A program made the translations under genes and the position numbers. Below, piece after piece: positions 60,552 to 64,000 of a stretch of 64,000 nucleotides of DNA. Position 1 is the first letter of the stretch; every line of letters begins with the position of its first letter. The stretch lies in IMG/VR virus record IMGVR_UViG_3300032285_001888, positions 1-64,000 of that record. One strand, written 5' to 3'. Source of the stretch: a virus. The notes below the pieces were generated by a model. It was not told the DNA's origin and did no database searches. It saw only the letters and a program-made list of their open reading frames with translations.

Positions 60552-61565
60552 ATGGCATTCACATCCAACGATCATTTAAAGTCCGATGCATTTACCTATC
60601 TACGTGACTGGCGACATGCCGCAGACTTGTTTAATGCTGACCAGTTTAGGCTTGCTCCTAAGTTTGGTTTTCAATTCCATGTGGCATTTGGTATCAATAC
60701 AGGTGCATTACAAAATACTGCCCTAGTGCAACGCTACGGTTCTGAAATTAACATGCTGGTTAAAAGTGTAGCATTGCCTAGTTATACAGTTAGTATAGAA
60801 ACACTGAATCAATACAACAGAAAAAAGAATGTTCAGTACTATCACAAGCCCGGTGACATTGATATTAAATTCCACGATGATAACATGGGATTGATCAATC
60901 AACTATGGCAAAATTATTATAGTTACTACTATGCAGATCCAATGTCTGCAAAAGTCTCCGGGGCCTACGCAAGGAACGCTACCCAGAGCAGTAATTATAT
61001 TCCTACTAGTTACGGTCTTGATAATGGAAGTACTGATCCATTTTTTAATTATATAAAAATCTATCAAATGGCTCGTCACGAATATGTAGAGTACATACTA
61101 AGCAATCCTATTATCACCAGCTGGAATCACAATCGACTAGATTATGCCGATACCAAGACACGCGAGTTCGACATGAAGATCATGTACGAAGCTGTTAGCT
61201 ATAACGTTGGTTCTGTAGACCCGGCTATAGATCCATCGGGCGGAGTTGAAGGGTTTGGCGACACACACTATGATCACGGAATGAGCCCCCAACAGGGTAT
61301 CAACCCCGATCCAACAGTAATTAATCCCAGCTTTGTAGAAAGTTTAAATCTAGAAGGCGCTGCCGGCTCTATACTAGCCAGTGTAATAAATCAAATAGCC
61401 AGTGCCCAGAATACTATAGCTCCAATTAATGCTTCAGGTACTGCTGGACTATTGACTCCGCCCGCAGGAACAAACGTTGGTGGACTATCGGGCGTAGCAT
61501 TTCCACAAAGTAGCACTGTAGCTAACACAGGCACAACAGCTTCATCATCAGGGATACAAGCATGA
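60552..61565 (+). CDS. Tail-tube-like baseplate protein (gp54/gp48-like tube initiator)
   Basis: PK..F.FHV.F, VKSV.LP......T.NQYNRK, I.FHDD, NP.I.S..H..LDY; tube-fold pattern. Confidence 0.65.
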   Translation: MAFTSNDHLKSDAFTYLRDWRHAADLFNADQFRLAPKFGFQFHVAFGINTGALQNTALVQRYGSEINMLVKSVALPSYTVSIETLNQYNRKKNVQYYHKPGDIDIKFHDDNMGLINQLWQNYYSYYYADPMSAKVSGAYARNATQSSNYIPTSYGLDNGSTDPFFNYIKIYQMARHEYVEYILSNPIITSWNHNRLDYADTKTREFDMKIMYEAVSYNVGSVDPAIDPSGGVEGFGDTHYDHGMSPQQGINPDPTVINPSFVESLNLEGAAGSILASVINQIASAQNTIAPINASGTAGLLTPPAGTNVGGLSGVAFPQSSTVANTGTTASSSGIQA

Positions 61566-61930
61566 TAACAGGAAATTTACCAGTCTCTATACATGCAGAT
61601 ACTACTAGTGTAAAAATGTTCTTTGATAATTATTTTGCCACACAGGTAAGTTTTCCTGCGGCAGAAATCGATGCTACAGTAGGATTTTTTGCTAAAAGAG
61701 GTTTTGATTCATCTAGTGCTAACTCGACAGCTATTATCTTACTTAATCAAGCTAGGGTTGAAAATGTATCAGTGTTTAGTTTACTTGACAAATTAAAAGG
61801 ACTAACCGATGTACAGTTAGGTCAAGTTGTTGCTCAAGTTTTAAATGCCTATAGAGAAAAGACCAGTTTGTTAGGTTACAGAACTGCGGTAGTTACTGAC
61901 ACGTTCGAAGCTCGCAACATCTTAATATAA
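61562..61930 (+). CDS. Hypothetical protein
   Basis: 122 aa, ATGA overlap with the upstream gene; no motif recognised. Confidence 0.6.
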   Translation: MITGNLPVSIHADTTSVKMFFDNYFATQVSFPAAEIDATVGFFAKRGFDSSSANSTAIILLNQARVENVSVFSLLDKLKGLTDVQLGQVVAQVLNAYREKTSLLGYRTAVVTDTFEARNILI

Positions 61931-61931
61931 A

Positions 61932-62360
61932 ATGTCTAAGTTTGCTCGCGGCAAGTTCAGTATGAAACATCCTGAAAAGTATGTGGGCAACAAGATGCCT
62001 ACATACCGTAGTAGTTGGGAATGGAGTTTTATGAACTTTTGTGACAACAATGATAGTGTAGTCAAATGGGCGAGTGAAGCTATACAAATCCCCTACATCG
62101 ATCCCCTAACAGAAAAACATACAGTATATGTACCTGATTTTTTTATACAATATGTAGATAAAAACGGTCGCATGCAACTAGAGCTAATCGAAATAAAACC
62201 TGCTAGTCAAACAGTTTTAGAACGAGTTGGCAAGAGTGTACACAATCAAAGCCAGTTTATTAAGAATCAAGCCAAGTGGGCCGCTGCCGGAAACTGGTGT
62301 AAACAACAGGGCCTAAAATTCCGTATTCTTAATGAAAATGACATATTCAGCCATCGCTAG
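61932..62360 (+). CDS. gp4: Head completion nuclease (T4 gp4, TnsA-like PD-(D/E)xK)
   Basis: GKF...HPEKY.G, YRSSWE..FM.FCD, WASE...IPY, Y.PDF, IEIKP..QT, KW.AA..WC...G..F.I..E. Confidence 0.9.
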   Translation: MSKFARGKFSMKHPEKYVGNKMPTYRSSWEWSFMNFCDNNDSVVKWASEAIQIPYIDPLTEKHTVYVPDFFIQYVDKNGRMQLELIEIKPASQTVLERVGKSVHNQSQFIKNQAKWAAAGNWCKQQGLKFRILNENDIFSHR

Positions 62361-62374
62361 GTATAAGTAATAAT

Positions 62375-62854
62375 ATGACTAAGAAACTAGAAGAAGTTCT
62401 AAATCTTCCTGAAAGTAAGAAAATTGTCAAGGAAGAAGAAAAGAAGCAAGTTAAAGCTGATATAGCCCAGCCGTTCCTTCGCGACATTAGCGAGTTTGAT
62501 AAAATTTCAGCCGCACTCCCGCAGGTAAAGGGACTAGGGGATATAGGCGATGCCGAACTAGACGAACTAGCCCAAAAAGCCAAAGATGCCTACGAGGATA
62601 TCATGGACTTAGGTATGAATGTAGAAGCTAGATACAGCGGACGTCTATTTGAAGTAGCCGCTAGCATGCTAGGACATGCTATTACGGCTAAAACTGCTAA
62701 ATTAGACAAGAAATTAAAAATGATTGATCTACAGATTAAGAAGCAAAAAATGGATCAAGATGCTAACAATGATGACAGCGTTACTATACAAGGCGATGGT
62801 GTTATCATCACAGATCGCAATAGTTTGCTCGAGAAATTAAAGAATTTAAAATAA
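62375..62854 (+). CDS. Probable terminase small subunit (gp16-like)
   Basis: Helical L.......R..EVA..ML....  segment and C-terminal I.DRN.LL tail; preceded by TATAAGTA (62362-62369). Confidence 0.5.
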   Translation: MTKKLEEVLNLPESKKIVKEEEKKQVKADIAQPFLRDISEFDKISAALPQVKGLGDIGDAELDELAQKAKDAYEDIMDLGMNVEARYSGRLFEVAASMLGHAITAKTAKLDKKLKMIDLQIKKQKMDQDANNDDSVTIQGDGVIITDRNSLLEKLKNLK

Positions 62855-62875
62855 ATATATGACTAGGATCATACT

Positions 62876-63508
62876 ATGAAATCATTCAAACACTACTTAA
62901 CAGAAAGCACTAAGGTCTACGAATTTAAGATCAAAATTGCTGGCCCTCATACTAAAGAAGCAGTTGCACAGATTAAAGCTAGTCTAGCTGAATTCCATTG
63001 CGCTAAAGTTTCTTCTGGTAAAACCACACCTATTAGCGAGCGCCAAGCAGACTTTCCAGAACACAGAAATACAGAAATGACTGTGTATGATATCGAAACT
63101 AATTATCCAGCTACTAGCTTACAAATACGTGATCGTATTGCAGTAGGACTAGGAGTAACACACAATCATGTTAAAGTGCATAGTGTATACGAAGAACTAG
63201 AAAATGAAATTAATCATCAGCATGACGAACTCACGGGTGAAGCATTAGTTGGAAAAGAACAAGATCCAAGTAATAACGGCAGTATGGTCAATGACGAATA
63301 CAAATATAATCTACTAAAAGAATTAGGTAAAACAAAACATCAGGGCACACAGTTTAAAGGATATAATGATCAAATCCTAGCTGACAGTGTTCCCGGCCTT
63401 GCTCCAGAATATCGTAAAGAAAAACAATCTAAGCAAGATGGTAAACACTTGAGTACTATTGGCACAACGCAAAATAAAATGCCTGCTATAGTTAAAGGAG
63501 CAAGATAA
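62876..63508 (+). CDS. Putative internal head/prohead core protein
   Basis: N-terminal MKSFKHYLTES resembles T4 capsid-targeting sequences (MKTYQEFIAE type); TAAATA at 62852-62857. Confidence 0.5.
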   Translation: MKSFKHYLTESTKVYEFKIKIAGPHTKEAVAQIKASLAEFHCAKVSSGKTTPISERQADFPEHRNTEMTVYDIETNYPATSLQIRDRIAVGLGVTHNHVKVHSVYEELENEINHQHDELTGEALVGKEQDPSNNGSMVNDEYKYNLLKELGKTKHQGTQFKGYNDQILADSVPGLAPEYRKEKQSKQDGKHLSTIGTTQNKMPAIVKGAR

Positions 63509-64000
63509 TGAATTTAAAAGATTTGATCGCAAAAATGGATGCTATTGAAGAAGGCGTCGAAATGAAAGCCACCGAATGTGGCGAAATGCCAATGCCGGGA
63601 GCAGTGATGTCAATCGGCCCACAAGCTCATCAAGGTCAACAAGATAATGTGTCAATGACTATTAATGTCAACGGACAAGGTGAAGGCGGTCTTCGTAGCA
63701 TTATGAATATCCTACGTGATATTGAAGCCGGTGAAGCACCAATGGACGACGAGGAACCTATGATGGGCACGGAAGAAATTCTAAATGTCCAAGGTGACGA
63801 AAGCCCATTGTCTGTATCACCAGATGAAGACATGGAAGAAGTTATCGGAGACGATGAACACAAGTGGGGCAATGCGGCACACGGTGGTCACGGTCATCAT
63901 ACACATGGCATAGAAGCAGTAACATTTAGTGGTGACGATATGAACGGTAAAGGTAAGATTAGCCCTGTATCACGTGCTCCTGGTACTAACTCGTTACGTG
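63508..64000 (+). CDS. Acidic putative prohead core protein (partial, runs off the window)
   Basis: ATG 63508 (TAATG overlap, RBS AAGGAG), open to the window end: MNLKDLIAKMDAIEE...; absent from the ORF track because there is no stop in the window. Confidence 0.7.
   Translation, partial: MNLKDLIAKMDAIEEGVEMKATECGEMPMPGAVMSIGPQAHQGQQDNVSMTINVNGQGEGGLRSIMNILRDIEAGEAPMDDEEPMMGTEEILNVQGDESPLSVSPDEDMEEVIGDDEHKWGNAAHGGHGHHTHGIEAVTFSGDDMNGKGKISPVSRAPGTNSLR

Noticed and set aside
63636-63872. Minus-strand 78-aa ORF
   Set aside because: Antisense to the plus-strand gene starting at 63508, which has an RBS and coupled start.
1-64000. CRISPR arrays, tRNA/rRNA genes, IS elements, integrase
   Set aside because: No regularly spaced repeats, cloverleafs or transposase/recombinase motifs seen by eye; intergenic gaps are nearly all too short.

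Overview
The whole window is the virion-morphogenesis (late) region of a large T4-superfamily myovirus; no host genes are evident. It opens with an orphan C-terminal fragment resembling major capsid protein. About 36 kb of Thr/Ser/Gly/Ala-rich baseplate and fibre genes follow on the + strand, including two giant paralogues (2842 and 4444 aa) and three tandem fibre-tip proteins with C1q-like heads. A convergent minus-strand unit begins at neck gp14 and tail terminator gp15, passes Nudix and GroES, and ends in a 13.8-kb cassette of 16 genes: 4 tryptophan-halogenase-like flavoproteins, 9 2OG-Fe(II) oxygenases and 3 paralogues of unknown function. The right end carries neck gp13, dNMP kinase, an HNH-like gene, tail sheath, tail tube, a tube-like baseplate protein, gp4, a probable small terminase subunit and internal-head-type proteins. 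TAAATA late-promoter motifs recur before transcription units. The best candidate for an undescribed system is the late-promoter-linked halogenase/oxygenase cassette facing the Trp/His-rich C1q-like fibre tips; it may modify virion proteins, but that function is inference. Two structured 5' leaders, an RBS-sequestering hairpin around an early promoter, and small insertion modules shared among virion genes also merit follow-up. Family calls come from recognising motifs by eye; no searches were run.
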